NCBI RefSeq assembly: GCF_036971445.1
Contig: NC_091473.1
Span: forward strand, 250,914,001 to 250,978,000
From: Narcine bancroftii
Taxonomy: Eukaryota
Length of the DNA: 64,000 nt
Direction: 5' to 3'
Of the stretch, positions 24,046 through 36,215 are shown one piece after another. The position numbers were made by a program, and so were the translations under genes. The notes under the pieces are model-generated. The model saw only the letters and a program-made list of their open reading frames with translations. It was not told where the DNA came from and searched no databases. Each line of letters opens with the position of its first letter. Position 1 is the stretch's first letter.

Positions 24046-24269
24046 GTACATTGACAATTTCTCCTCACTCGGCCCAAATTTGAAAATCCCACCCTGGGAC
24101 CTCCCACCCTCGACTCCAATGGTGACTCATACCCTCATCTCCATGGCATCAAAGGACTCATCAACAGGATTTCCTGTCCTTTGAGGGAAGACACCAATAC
24201 CTTCTCCCCTTGGACACGAGTGAATGGATGTTCAACCACTGACCCGACAGAACGGTCCCGACTCCGAGA

Positions 24270-24650
24270 TCAGAACCTTGCCATACCCACTGGAACAGGA
24301 GTGACGGCAGCCCCGCATCAGCTCCCCGACCAACCACTGCAGTCACACCCAATTCTGCCATCCCACCCCCCCAGTCACACCCACCTCAATAAAGCCCACA
24401 CAGTCCCAGCCATTGCAGTGAAACCCCCCCAGCAGTTAAACCCACCACAGTTGCACACCCCGCAGTGATAACCAACGCAATGACACCCACCACAGTCTCA
24501 CCCACACATTTCAAAGGTGACACCCGCTGCAGTGACCCCCACCACAGTACCACCCATAGAAGTCTCACAGTTAAACCCCCCCCCACAGACCTGCCCACCG
24601 CAGTCCCGCCCTCCGCAGTTCCAATCCCTGCAGTGACACCCATGAGTCAG
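24270..24650 (+). repeat. Degenerate short C/A-rich repeats (gcagtgacaccc/cacagtc motifs)
   Basis: Recurring ctgcagtcacaccc, gcagtgaaaccc, gcagtgaccccc and gcagtgacaccc motifs. Confidence 0.5.
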
Positions 24651-24724
24651 AAACACAATCGAATTCATCGTTGGCCACAGCCCACAAACAACACTAATTC
24701 TCCGATGGAAAGAGTGATCAAGCA

Positions 24725-25090
24725 GAGAGACCATAAACCATTAGAGCAGAATTGGACTGTTCAGCCCATCGAGTCTGCCCCACCACTTAATCACGAGCTG
24801 ATCCATTTTCCCACTCAGCCCCATTGCCCGGCCTTCTCCCCATAACCTTTGATGCCCTGGCTAACCAAGAACCTATCAATTTCTGCCTTAAATACACCCA
24901 ATAACCTTGCCTCCACAATCGCCTGTGGGAATAAATTCCATAGATTTACCACCCCTTTGGCTAAAGAAAATCTTTTGCAACTTGGTTCCAAGCGGATGCC
25001 CTGCAATCCTGAAGTTGTGCCTCTTCTCCTACACTCTCCCATCATGGGAAACAACCTTTCTACATCAACTCTGTCCACATCTTCCAACAT
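24725..25090 (-). mobile_element. CR1 3' end
   Basis: VDRVDVERLFPM...VVNLWNLFPQAIVEARLLGVFKAEIDRFL...GIKGYGEKAG. Confidence 0.9.
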
Positions 25091-25119
25091 TAGAATTGAT
25101 TCTATTAACTCTATTAATT

Positions 25120-26310
25120 GGTAGAGGGGAAGCTACGTTTTGGAAGAAGGCAGACGTTTCGGAATCTCCAGACTGGAAGACTTCATCTTGGGAACAGGTG
25201 CGGTGGAGATGGAGGAATTGAGAGAAGGGGATGGAATTCTTGCAAGGCACAGGGTGTGAGGAAGTGTAGTCAAGGTAGTTGAGGAAATTGGAAGGTTTAT
25301 TATGAAGGGAATAGATAGACTAGATGCAAGTAGACTCTTCCCCCTGAGAGCAGGGGAGATTGAAACAAGAAGAAACAAATTGAGTACAAGGGGGCAAAAT
25401 TTTAGGAAAAACATTAGAGGATGTTTCTTCACTCAGAGAGTGGTGGCTGGATGGAATAATTTTCCGGAGGAAACAGTTGAGGCAGTGTCAATTTTTTCAT
25501 ATAAGAGAAGGCTGGATATATACATGGATAAGAGGGGGTTAGAGGATTATGGGCGGAGAATAGGTGAGGGGAGTTAGCAGAGTTGTTAAGTGAACTGGCG
25601 TAGACTTGTAGGGCCGAGATGGCCTGTTTCCATGCCATAAATTCTCTTATATATGTTATAGTATATGTCGGTGGAAAGCTTGTCTCCTGAGATGGAGACC
25701 AAGAGGTCCAGGAAGGGGAGAGTGATATTGGAGATGAGGCTGGGAATTTGAGATTTGGGGTGGAACTTGGCCATAAAGTGAATGAAGTTGACAAGCTCAT
25801 CGCAGGTACATAAGGCACCAGCAATGTAGTCGTTGATATACTGGAGGATGAGTTTGGGGCTCTTGCCTGTGTAGGCTTGCAGCATGGATTGCTCCACAAA
25901 GCCCACAAACAGGCAGGCATAGCTGGGACCCATGCGGGTTCCCATGGCTACTCCTTTGATTTGGAGGAAGTGAGTGGAGTTAAAGGAGAAGTTGTTTAAA
26001 GTGAGGACAAGTTCCGCCAGGTGGAGGAGGATGGTGGTGGAGAGTGACTGGTCAGGTCTCTGGCCCAGGAAGAAGAGAAGTACTTTCAGACCTTCTGTGT
26101 GGGGAATGGAGTTATAAAGGAATTGGTCATCCATCGTGGAGATGAGGTGGTCCAGTTCGGGGCATCTGAAGTCACTGAGGAGATGGAGGGCAAGTGAGGC
26201 ATTGTGGATGAAGGTGGGGAGAATTGGACCAGGGGAGTAAAGATAGAATGAAGTTAAGATGAAACTAGTTTGTTGAGGAAAGAGGAGGCAGAAATAATAG
26301 GTCTACCTGG
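25120..26310 (-). mobile_element. Penelope-like element RT fragment, interrupted by a CR1 3' end (+, ~25290-25655)
   Basis: LAELVLTLNNFSFNSTHFLQIKGVAMGTRMGPSYACLFVGFVEQ...YINDY...LPFLDL...LSTDIYY. The inserted CR1 reads MKGIDRLDASRLFP...FFTQRVV. Confidence 0.88.
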
Positions 26311-26319
26311 ATGGTTGGG

Positions 26320-26740
26320 TTTTGAGCACCATGACCACCTGCAGATTGGAGGAACACCACCTTATTTTCTGTTTGGGTTCTCTCCAACATCAACATCGAC
26401 TTCTCTGCTTTCTGCTAACTTGTTCGCATTTTATTTACATTCCCCATTTCCAGTTTTTCCAGTTCTCCCCTCCACCCACCCAGCCATCCCTCCTCCCCCT
26501 GATTGCTGCTGTCTCCTCCCTCCCTTCTCCACCTATATTCTCCTGCCTTGCAAATCCGCCCCCCAATCCATTCGGACATCCTCCGACACTCTCATGCCTT
26601 GATGAAGGGCTCAAGCCTAGAACATTGTTTATGAATTTTTACCTTTGCTACATAAAGGACACTGTTTGACCAGCTGCGAGTTTCTCCAGCATTTTGTCTT
26701 TTTACTTCAAGCACGGTGTCTACAGATTTTCGCTGTCGAA
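26320..26740 (+). mobile_element. Penelope-like 3' fragment/tail
   Basis: RLEEHHLIFCLGSLQ plus tail cttgatgaagggctcaagcc...gagtttctccagcattttg. Confidence 0.7.
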
Positions 26741-28419
26741 CCATTGTAAGTAAAAGAGTACCTGTAGTGAACATCTAACCATTTACATGATTTCTTCCTT
26801 AGATATTCAATGAAAGGAAGTATTCCATTGATTTCCACACCCCTGCCAGAATATCGCAATGTAGCTTATAGTCCCTCTTCACCCACTTCCCGCTGATCTC
26901 TCCTTCTCTCCTGTTCTCCATCCTTTCCTCTCCCTCAGCCTCATTGGTCCTTCCCTGCCCTACACAATCTGCACATTTCCATCCCTCAGGTACTCCAGCT
27001 TGCCAAGTGTTGGACACAGGACCTGTTCCCTGTAATACTGACAATGGATAGTTCAGGCTCAGGTTGCCTCCAACTTCACTTGTGGTGCAACACAGGATGT
27101 TGAGCCCGTGAAAGCTGGGATGGTGACCAGCAGCGAGAATTCAGTCAGAGATGTCCCAGCAGTGGACACCCATGGGTGACAGAGAAGATGTGGTTCCAAC
27201 TACTCTGTTAATTTCCATGAATCCAGGACATTCTTTGTTCAGGGACACAGGAGCTACTCTGGGCAGTGACCCAGAAATCGGAGACACATGGTTACCCTAC
27301 TTTCCTGAGAATGAAAAGAACACAAAGGCTGCGCATAGATTGTCACCAGAAAGAGCTTCAGCAAAAGCAAAAACACATTTATGCGATCTCTTCAAGAACA
27401 TTTCCAGCAGAGACTTTGCGTAACCTTCTGAATTTACACCCAATTAATCTCCAGCCTCTGTATCTACACACTTACCTGTGGTCTTCCAAACTCCCATTTC
27501 CTCACCTCCAAGCTGTCCATAATCGAGCTGCATCTCGTTCAGCATTGTCAATTCAGAACATGCCAGGCTGAACATGAGAAACTAGAGGAAGGACCCCAGG
27601 ACTCTCGATCCTGCTCCACCATTCAACGTGTATGTGGCCAATCTATGCTGGTCTCAACTCCTCTTCTGCGCCAGGTCCCCATGACCCACAATTGCTTCCA
27701 GGCATCCAGGGCTCAGGTCATTCATCCACTTTATCGCCAGATCTGAATGTAAACACCATAGAATCCTCCACTGCAACCTTTCAGACCACTTTGTATTACA
27801 ATGGAACACCCACCAGATAAGCAGAAACAACCTCATCACCTCAAACCAGGTCATCATTCAAAGCAAGTCCTCAGCCTTGTGCAGGATCTTCACAATGGTC
27901 AGGTTGTGAGAACAACCACTGATGAACGATTGAAGCAAGGTTGTCAGCACCTTCACTGATGGTCACAGTGGGTTATTATTGCATCAGTTACTCTTCATTA
28001 AACACAGATTATCTCTCCTTTTAGATATTGTTCAAAACTAATTTTCTTTCTGACAATCCGAGCCCAATCCAGGAGTAATTCTACCAGGTCATGGTCATGG
28101 TCCACAATGCCAATTATTCCATTCATAAAGCTTCACGAGAGGGTAAAATGGCCATGGGTGTGTGTAACTCAGTCCCAGTCACGTGCAGACAATATGATTC
28201 ACCCAAATCCTCTCCATTCTCTTCAATGGTACTGAAATCGAGGGAAATACTATTTCCCAATATCCCATGTCTTGCTTTATAACAACCCATATTATTTAAA
28301 TCTTTCAAAACAGACAACTTTGCACTTCTAGAACATTACAGAACATGTTAACTTTTACAAACAGATAACTTGGCACTTATTTTTTTTATTTTAATTTTAA
28401 AACTAAACATACAGTACAG

Positions 28420-28660
28420 TAACAATGACGTACATGCTGCCCAATTATCCCCAAATGTCCAACAACAACAACCCCCCCCCATCCCCCCCACTATCCTAGT
28501 ATGTTTAGAATGGAGGGAGGAAACCAAAGCCCCCGGGGAAAATCCATGCAGACACAGGGAGAGCATACGAACTCCATACAGACAGCATGGGATTTGTACC
28601 CCAGACCTGATTACTGGCGTTGTAAGCAGGGTTGCTTTAACTGCTACGTTAACCATGTCA
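28420..28660 (-). mobile_element. V-SINE-like element
   Basis: Reverse strand gagttcgtatgctctccctgtgtctgcatggattttccccgggggctttggtttcctccc matches the V-SINE core. Confidence 0.65.
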
Positions 28661-28834
28661 CCCAGTTGTTGCATCATCTGAAAATTACACGTCATGTCTC
28701 TTACATTTATTTGCATGTCGTTGGAGTATGTACCCGTGAACAGTTCCAAGGGATGAATATCAGTGTCCCACTCCCAGTCCGCTCGATATTCCCCGGACAA
28801 CCTTGAATCAGATTGAACAATTTCAATGTGTTGA

Positions 28835-29195
28835 AGTAGAGAGGTAAAACTCAAAAGTTTGCAAACACAGTGGTTGAAGTAAAAAAAACCCAATGTCAGC
28901 AGGTCAGTGTACATTATGCAGCAGGGTAAAGATATATAACCAACGTTTCGGGCTTCAGACTTCATCAAGGTGTGAAAAATGTAGGGAAAGGCCAGAATAA
29001 AATGTGGGGGGTGGGGGTGGGGAATGGGCAGGGGGAGGTGCCTAGTCCCAAAGACAAGAGGTAATAGGTGGATAAGGGAAGGAGGGCAGAGCTGCAAGCA
29101 GGGGCAGGAGGGACACCTGTGAAGGGAGAGGAAAGGGGGTGAAGGAAAGAATACAAAGAGAAAGAGAGCGGAGAGTAGGCTGGCAGAAACCGGAA
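28835..29195 (-). mobile_element. Penelope-like/SINE tail
   Basis: Reverse complement of the same tail type (cttgatgaagtctgaagcccgaaacgttgg...). Confidence 0.55.
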
Positions 29196-29271
29196 CATTG
29201 ATGTTAATGATAAGAGTACAATTGCCTGTGTTGGTTATTGATTACATCAGTATATTTCCTTGTTTTATCAG

Positions 29272-29379
29272 GAACTCTGGACTGAATTTTCATAATCTCT
29301 GGGCTGTGTTGCGCTGGCTACTCTTTAAAGCTCTACTTTTCTGCACAGTTTCAATAAAGTGCATGACAAGTTTGCAAAG
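29272..29379 (+). CDS. Transmembrane exon (gene 1) with charged residues
   Basis: tttccttgttttatcAG acceptor completes the stalk's TG+G = Trp. NSGLNFHNLWAVLRWLLFKALLFCTVSIKCMTSLQ, then AG|GTAAAT donor (phase 2). Confidence 0.72.
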
Positions 29380-29539
29380 GTAAATTGTTTCCAATCTCTT
29401 CATTTCGATGTTGCCATTAATGTCTACAAAGAGATCAAGAGTTGCTGCAAGCTCCCTTGGGTCACGATAACCTGCCCCTCAAACATTATTCTCAAAGAGA
29501 ATCATCAATGGGGCTCAGATGGTCAATGGCTGAAAATAA

Positions 29540-30285
29540 TCATACATTACAGCATAGTACAGGCCCTTCAGTCCATGACATTCTGCTGACCTATCTCAAC
29601 CATCCTGACCTCACCCACAAGCTTCTATATTTTTTGCATCCATGTGCCGGTGTGAGAGTCTGTTAGATGTCCCTATTATGCTAGACCACCCCTGGCAATG
29701 CATTCCAGCCACTGTGCTGAGAACAATGTACCCTCGACAGATCCCATTAACTTCCCCCCCCCCCCCACACCTTGTGAAGACGTGTTCTGTTGTTTGCTAC
29801 TCTCACCCAAGGGAAAAGTTGCTGGCTGTCCACCCTATCGATGCCCCTCATAATCCTATAGACATCAATTAAGTCATCCCTTCATCCATCTTCACACCAA
29901 AGATAAAAGCCCTAGCTCTGTAAACCATGCCTCATAAGACATGTTCTCCATCCAGGGAACATCCTGGTCAATCTCCTCTACATCCTCTCCATAGCTTCCA
30001 CATCCTTCCTGTTTGAGGAGACCAACCTGAACACAATATTCCAAGTGTGCTCTCACCAGACTTCATAGAACTGCAACATTACCTTGTGATTAATCAAGCC
30101 CAACATACCACAAGCCTATCAACTTGTCTGGCAACCCTGAGAAATCCATGGATTTGGACCTCAAGGTCCCTCTGTTCTACCACACTGTTAAATATCTGGC
30201 CATTGACCATGTACTCCTCATTCAAGTTGACCTTCAAAATACATAACTTTACACTTATTCGGATTGAACTCCATCTGCAACTTTA
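29540..30285 (-). mobile_element. CR1 3' fragment
   Basis: QMEFNPNKCKVMYF on the minus strand, followed by CR1 3' sequence. Confidence 0.8.
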
Positions 30286-30806
30286 CAACACACATTAGAA
30301 GAGTAACATATACATTTAGGATAATCACTGCATAAAGGTTATTATTCTGATGGAAGGACATGTTTAGCTTTTCAAGGCCAGCGAATTTCTCACCAATTAG
30401 AGGTGCACAACCCTCATCACTTACACCAGGAGGCTCCTGGCATTCTCCACACTTCCACTTCACCAACCTCATCTTCATCCTATTCCCTCCTCCCAACTCT
30501 TTGTGGCATCCTGTACCCAAATCCTGGAGCAAACAATTATAGTCCTCCACTCCACTCCCCATCACCCTACACATTGACCAATACAAGCGCTCCTCTTGCT
30601 CGACAGTTCATGACAATCCTAGACATAGGCAACCAAAGACTTAATCTCACACCATCCTAATAACGAACCCTCCGCCACATAATTCCATCCATTCCTGATA
30701 CCCCCACCTGGGAATTATTGCAATGATTTCTTGACGACAAATATCATCAACCCAAACACCTATTTACACCTCTCAATCCCTGACCTGAGATTTTCTGCTT
30801 TATTAG

Positions 30807-30909
30807 ATGGACTAATGAGACATTCCATGGAAGAGCAGATCCTACCACACGGATTGGAAAAGTGTTTGCCGACTCATCTAATGACCTCGAAATTCAACCA
30901 AAGGATTAA
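30807..30909 (+). CDS. Candidate terminal cytoplasmic exon (gene 1)
   Basis: ttttctgctttattAG acceptor, phase-2 compatible. (R)WTNETFHGRADPTTRIGKVFADSSNDLEIQPKD*; ATTAAA at 31005-31010 downstream. No second copy in the window to confirm. Confidence 0.45.
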
Positions 30910-31409
30910 AAGCATTTCGACTCGATTTGACAAGCTGCTCTCAGTAGTGGGAAATACTTCACATTTGTTATCAACGTTGCAAGCCTTGATGTAAAACATC
31001 AGTGATTAAAATAATACAGCGTGAATAATGATGCCTGAATTTCATACTTTAATGAGCAACTCTTTGCAATTAAGCAACAGCTTTGCTTTGCTCAAGCACC
31101 ATGACCTGGTGGGAAAGTGCCAGGATAATTCACTCCAGCCTTTTCAGACAGAATTTGCAATGAGTATAAATGAACACCTGTAACCAACAGATCAGGAACA
31201 TTATAAACATGACCTGAGAGATAGAGATTCAGTGAGACTTCAGCTGAGATTTCCACAGCTCAGGGCCTGGACCATTGAAGCCTGGGCAGCAGAGATGAGG
31301 CAATGGATGTCAGGGATGATTAAGAGCCCAGAAACAGAGCTCTCAGACCCAACTGTTCCACCTGATGGAGAAAATACCTGGCATCAGATTGGAATTTTGT
31401 CTGTCCCAC

Positions 31410-32000
31410 ATGATGCTGATGCCAGATTCCAATTTGCCATGAGGGGCTGGATAGAGTGGACATGGAAAGGGGTTTCCAGTAGTGGCAGATTCTCAGACCA
31501 GAGAACATAGCCTCAGAAAAAAGGGACATCCCTTTAGAATGGAGTTGAGAAGACATTCCTTCAGCCAGAGGCTGGTGAATAAGTGGAATCCCTTGACACA
31601 GATGCCATGCAGCTCGTCATTGGTTGATTTAAAGTGGAGGTTGACAAGTTCTTGATTGGTAAAGGTGTCTAAATCTGAATTAGAATTTATGGTCATGAAC
31701 ATGTCAGGAATTTTGTGTTTCCAGCATCATTGCAGATGGAAATATTGCCTTGAATTTCATTTTAAAATAAATAAATTAGTGTGAAAAGAAGAGAAAGTGA
31801 GGTAGAGTCTGTGTTTCATTGTCCATTCTGCAATCTGACGGTGGAGGGGTAAAGGCTGTTTTTGTACCACAGGTGTCAAAGGTCATGGTGAGAGACTGTA
31901 GAAAGGGGATGAGAGGAAAAATATAAGAGCCATGATTTGATTAGTGGAGCAGACTCAATGGGCCAAATGGCCTCACTTTGCTCCAATGTTATGGTTTTTA
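31410..32000 (+). mobile_element. CR1 3' end with nested ~200-bp insertion (31670-31870)
   Basis: CR1 tail split by an insert flanked by AGGTGTC at 31663-31669 and 31871-31877. Confidence 0.75.
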
Positions 32001-32449
32001 TGGAAACCAGCAGGATGTGGTCAGGTCCAGGAATTGCCAGCACGGCTGCAACTCCCTAGAACGTGCAACCAGTGATGTCTGGACGAGTTAACCCTGACAT
32101 CCAGGGGTTGTGTTTGGGAGGCAGATGCTCATAGCCAACATGAAGACATAGTATACTACCTTTTCAATAGAGCCCAGCGACAGGCACACATACCCTAACG
32201 TAGCCCGGACCAGATCACACCAGACCACTGACCCAGGTCCCACCCAATGCAGAGCACAGAGTCCAAATCTGTTCCAGTCATCAGGAAGAAGGTTGTGCCT
32301 GGTCACAGGGGAGAATCTGGGATGACCTAGTCTCTTGATGGGACTACCTGCCATTCCCACGAGCTCCCTTAAAGAGCTGCGAAAGGTCCAATAGGCTGTG
32401 AGATTGTCTGCCCTGCCCTGGGTCTCACACACACACATTCTACATTGGT

Positions 32450-32970
32450 GATGCCAAATTGGGAGGATCGTGTACAGTTTTGGTAACCACAGTATAGAAA
32501 AAGTATCAACAAATTGGAGAGAGTGCAGAGAAAATTTACTAGAATTTTACTGGGGTTACAATGACTAAGTTATAGTGAAAGGTTAAATAAGTTAGGTCTT
32601 TATTCTTTGGAGCGTAGAAGGTTGAGAGGGGATTTGATTGAGCTATTTAAAATTATTAGGGGTATATATTGAGTTGACGCGGAGAGGACTTTTCCTTTAA
32701 GTGAGAGAGAGATGCAAATGGGAGGACATGAGCTGAGAGTTCAGGTGCAAAAGTTTAGAGGAATTACGAGGGCGACCTTCTTTACTCCAAGAGTGGTGGA
32801 CTGATATCACTTCCAACCGTGCATCTTGGTGCCTCACAGTTCAGCGGGCAGCAACCTCCTTTGAAGAAGACCGCAGATCCCACCTCACTGTCAAAAGACA
32901 AAGGAGGAAAAACGCAACACCCAACCCCAACCCACCAATTTTCCCTTGCAACCGCTGCAACCATGCCTGT
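32450..32970 (+). mobile_element. CR1 fragment (~32450-32800) joined to RTE-clade 3' fragment (~32815-32970)
   Basis: LERVQRKFTRIL...LYSLERRRLRGDLIE, then AATSFEEDRRSHL...KRQRRK...PIFPCNRCN. Confidence 0.7.
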
Positions 32971-32974
32971 CAAA

Positions 32975-33845
32975 GGTGACGGTGGACGGTAGCCTTGTCC
33001 ACTTCAGCTATTGCACCTTCCTGACAAGTGTGGAGATGTTGAGTGTACACAATGGGTCACTAGTTATGTGAACTCCAAGGAATTTAGTACACTCCACTCT
33101 CACTACTAAAGTTATTGATGGGGAGTGAAGGGCGATCGTTCCTGTTCTTCCTTTCGTCTGGTCCACTACAAGACTCAGGGTGATATTCTCGCTCCATATC
33201 ACGAGATTTAAGACCTCTTCTCTGTAGTGTGACTCATCGAAGTTACTAATGATGCCAACGACTGTGTTGTCATCTAAGAACTTGATGACACCATTGGAGC
33301 TGGATCTAGCGATAAAGTCATGGGTCAGTAAGGGGAACAGGACTAGGATGAGCACACAAACAGTTATCAGCATGACGGTGCTCGACGTTGAACATTCTGT
33401 TAGGAAAGTTGTAGAGAACTGTGTGAACTCCCAGTGAGGATAGCTTCTCCACCAGCCTCTGGAGAATGATCGTATTAAATGCTGAGCTAAAGTTGAGGCA
33501 CTGCGGCCTGGCATATGATGTGTCATTCTCCAAATGGGTCAGGACAGAATGAAGGGACCAAGCTCGAGCATCGTCTGTAGAACGATTTCTTCTATGAGTG
33601 CATTAAAATGGGTCTGGCCTCTCTGGGAGGTTTGCATCGACACATTCAAACACCAATAGTGGTGGAGGTCAGTGCCGCTGAGCAGCAGTCATTAAGGCCA
33701 TTTATTGTCATCCTCTTGGTTACCGGATGGTTGTCTTGAACCCTACGGGAATGATGGACTGCTGTAGTGAGGTGTTGAAGATGTCTGTAAAAACCTCCAC
33801 CAATTGGTCTGCACGATCCTTCAGTAACCGACCACAGATGTTCAA
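32975..33845 (-). mobile_element. Rex1/Babar-clade LINE RT fragment
   Basis: [26 protein letters not shown]; IKFLDDNTVVGIISNFDESHYREEV; KFLGVHIT; DQLVEVFTDIFNTSLQQSIIP. Confidence 0.85.
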
Positions 33846-33849
33846 ATAG

Positions 33850-34350
33850 AGGATTGGATATAATGGATTGGGTGCTGTGTCTTGCACAAGAGGAGAGTTT
33901 AGGGTAAAGGAACCATTAGGGGGCAGTGACCACAATAGAACTGAGTTCAATTTGAGATTAAACAAGGACACAACAAATAAAATCACCTCCGAACAATATT
34001 TTATCATATGATGGTTCAAATTATAAAAGGAACCCACCATGAATTGTTCACCGTCATAAACATACATTAAAGTCCAAGATTCTGAAAAAATGTTGCAATT
34101 AACAATCAAAAAAGCCTTCCAACAGCTTCAAAAACTGAATCCAATGTAACAGATAACTTCTTATGAATTAAAATAGCAAGACCCTTTGCTTTGGAATTAA
34201 AAGAAGATGCTATAACTTGTCCAACCCAATCTCTTTTTAACTTTTGATGTTCCTTTTCAGTCAAATGAGTCTCTTGCTTAATATAAGCTAGTACCCTCTT
34301 TCTCTTAATCGGATTTTTAGTCTGCTGAAATTAAAAGAAGCAAAATTTAA
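33850..34350 (-). mobile_element. L1-clade APE endonuclease fragment
   Basis: Minus strand carries degenerate WVGQVIASSFNSKAKGLAILI and IVNCNIFSESWTLM. Confidence 0.6.
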
Positions 34351-34414
34351 GTTAGCCATAATAAGCTACATTTACCACCCACAGTGGCGAAGCACCCCAA
34401 TGGCTCCAGTACAA

Positions 34415-36215
34415 ACATAAACAAAGATTGGATGTACAATTACCTGGAGAGTCAGGGACTGATTGGGGATAGACAACATGGCTTTGTGCATGGTAGATAA
34501 TATTTAACCAATCTCAGAATTTTTTGAGGAGGTTACCAGGAAGGTCGATAAAAGAAAAGCTATGGATGTTGTCTACGTGGACTTTTGTAAGGCCCTTGTC
34601 CAGGTCCTGCATGGGAGGTTGGTCAGGAAGGTTCAGATGCTAGGAATTCATGGTGAGGTAGTGAACTAGATTCGACAATGGCTGAATGGGAGAAGCCAGA
34701 GTGTAGTGGTGGATGATTGTTTCTCTGTCTGGAGGCCTATGACTAATGGTGTGCCTCAGGGATTTGTGCTGGGACTATTGTTGTTTGACATCTATATCAA
34801 TAATCTGGATGTCAATGTGATAAATTGGATCCCCAAGTATGCAGATGACACTAAGATTGGAGGTGTTGTGGGCAGTAAAAAATGTTTTCAAAGCTTGCAG
34901 AGGGATCTGGACCAGCTGGAACAATGGACTGAAAATTGGCAGATGGAATTAAATGCAGACAAGTATGAGGTGTTGCTGTTTGGAGGGACATACATAGAAA
35001 GAACATAAACAGTGAGGAGTCCAGCAGAACAGAGGGGTCTGGAAATACAGATACTAGATTCCCTAAAAGTGGCATCACACGAGGATAGGGCTGCAAATAG
35101 AGCTTTTGGCATAATGGCCTTCATAAATCAAGTGTAGGAGTTGGGATGTTATGTAAATGTTTTATAAGGCATAAGTGAGGCCAAATTTGGAGAATTGCAT
35201 GCAGATTTGGTCACCGAACAACAGGAAAGATATCAATAAGATAGAAAGTGTGGGGATAAAATTCACTAGGATGTGGCTCAGACTTCAGGGACTGAGTTAC
35301 AAGGAAAGGTGAAACAGGTTAGAACTTTATTCCCTGCAGCATAGAAGAATGAGGAGAGGTTTGATAGAAGTATATAAATTATGATAGTAAATATAGAGAA
35401 GCTTTTTCCACTGAGGGTAGGTGAGATACAAACCAGAGGAAATAGGTTTAGGGTGAAAAAGGAAAGGTTTACAGGGAACGTTAGTGGAAACGTCTTCATG
35501 CGGAAAGTGCTGGGAGCTACTAGGTGAATGCAGGCTCATTTATGAAGAACGTGGACAGATACATAGATGGGGGGTTTGTGGAAGCCCATGGAGTGAGAGC
35601 AGGTCAGTGGGATTAGGCAAACAAAACTGGTTCAGCACAGACTAAAAAGGCCAAAGGGGCCTGTTTCAGTGCAGTAATGTTCTATGGTTCTAAGGTTTTG
35701 GGAGGTTGAGGCTTTATAAACGGACAGGGGCTGTACAGGGTGACACCTCCCCTGGAGAATTGAGAGCTCTTCATTGAAGAAAGGGTGTTCTGATGTTGGG
35801 AACGGTTCAGAGGAGGTTCTCACGGGGAATGAAAGGGTTATCATATGAGTGTTTGACAGCTCATGTCCTGTACTCATTGGAATTTAGGAGAATGAGTTCT
35901 CATTGAAACATTACAAATGTTGAGAAGGGTGATCAGAGTAGACGTAGATAGGATTTTTCCCCATGGTGGGAGGGTCCAGGACAAGAGGCAACAATTTCTG
36001 GATTGAATGGCCTCCTCTTAGAACAGAGATGCACAGGAACAACTTCAGCCAGAGGGTGATAAATCAGTGGAATTTGTTGCCACTGGCACTGGGTGTATTT
36101 AGAGCCGAGATTGGTAGGTTCTTCATTACCCATGGCAGTGGGGCTGAGTGGGAACATGGATCAGCTCATGATAAAATGGTGGGGAAGACTCAATGGGCTG
36201 GAGCCTATTCCTGAT
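34415..36215 (+). mobile_element. CR1 LINE RT/3' fragments (paralog of 501-2060)
   Basis: QHGFVHGR, MDVVYVDFCKA, GVPQGFVLGLLLFDIYINNL, KYADDTKIGG. Confidence 0.9.

Larger units (their letters stand above)
2889..30909 (+). other. Gene 1: predicted 5-V-domain CD300/pIgR-like (MDIR-like) type I membrane receptor, 9 coding exons, ~662 aa
   Basis: Exons 2889-2985, 6493-6807, 10527-10841, 13398-13712, 17432-17746, 19423-19737, 23794-23899, 29272-29379 and 30807-30909 have GT/AG borders and compatible phases (1,1,1,1,1,1,2,2). Summed length is 1989 nt = 663 codons, with no internal stop. Confidence 0.7.

Noticed and set aside
24465-24845. Thr/Pro-rich ORF as a mucin stalk exon
   Set aside because: It derives from low-complexity intronic repeats, runs into a CR1 tail and lacks convincing splice sites. 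The 23794 exon already links in phase to the TM exon.
28348-29097. 249-aa minus-strand ORF
   Set aside because: It spans SINE and Penelope-tail sequence, has a non-ATG start and no domain motifs; likely a chance open frame.
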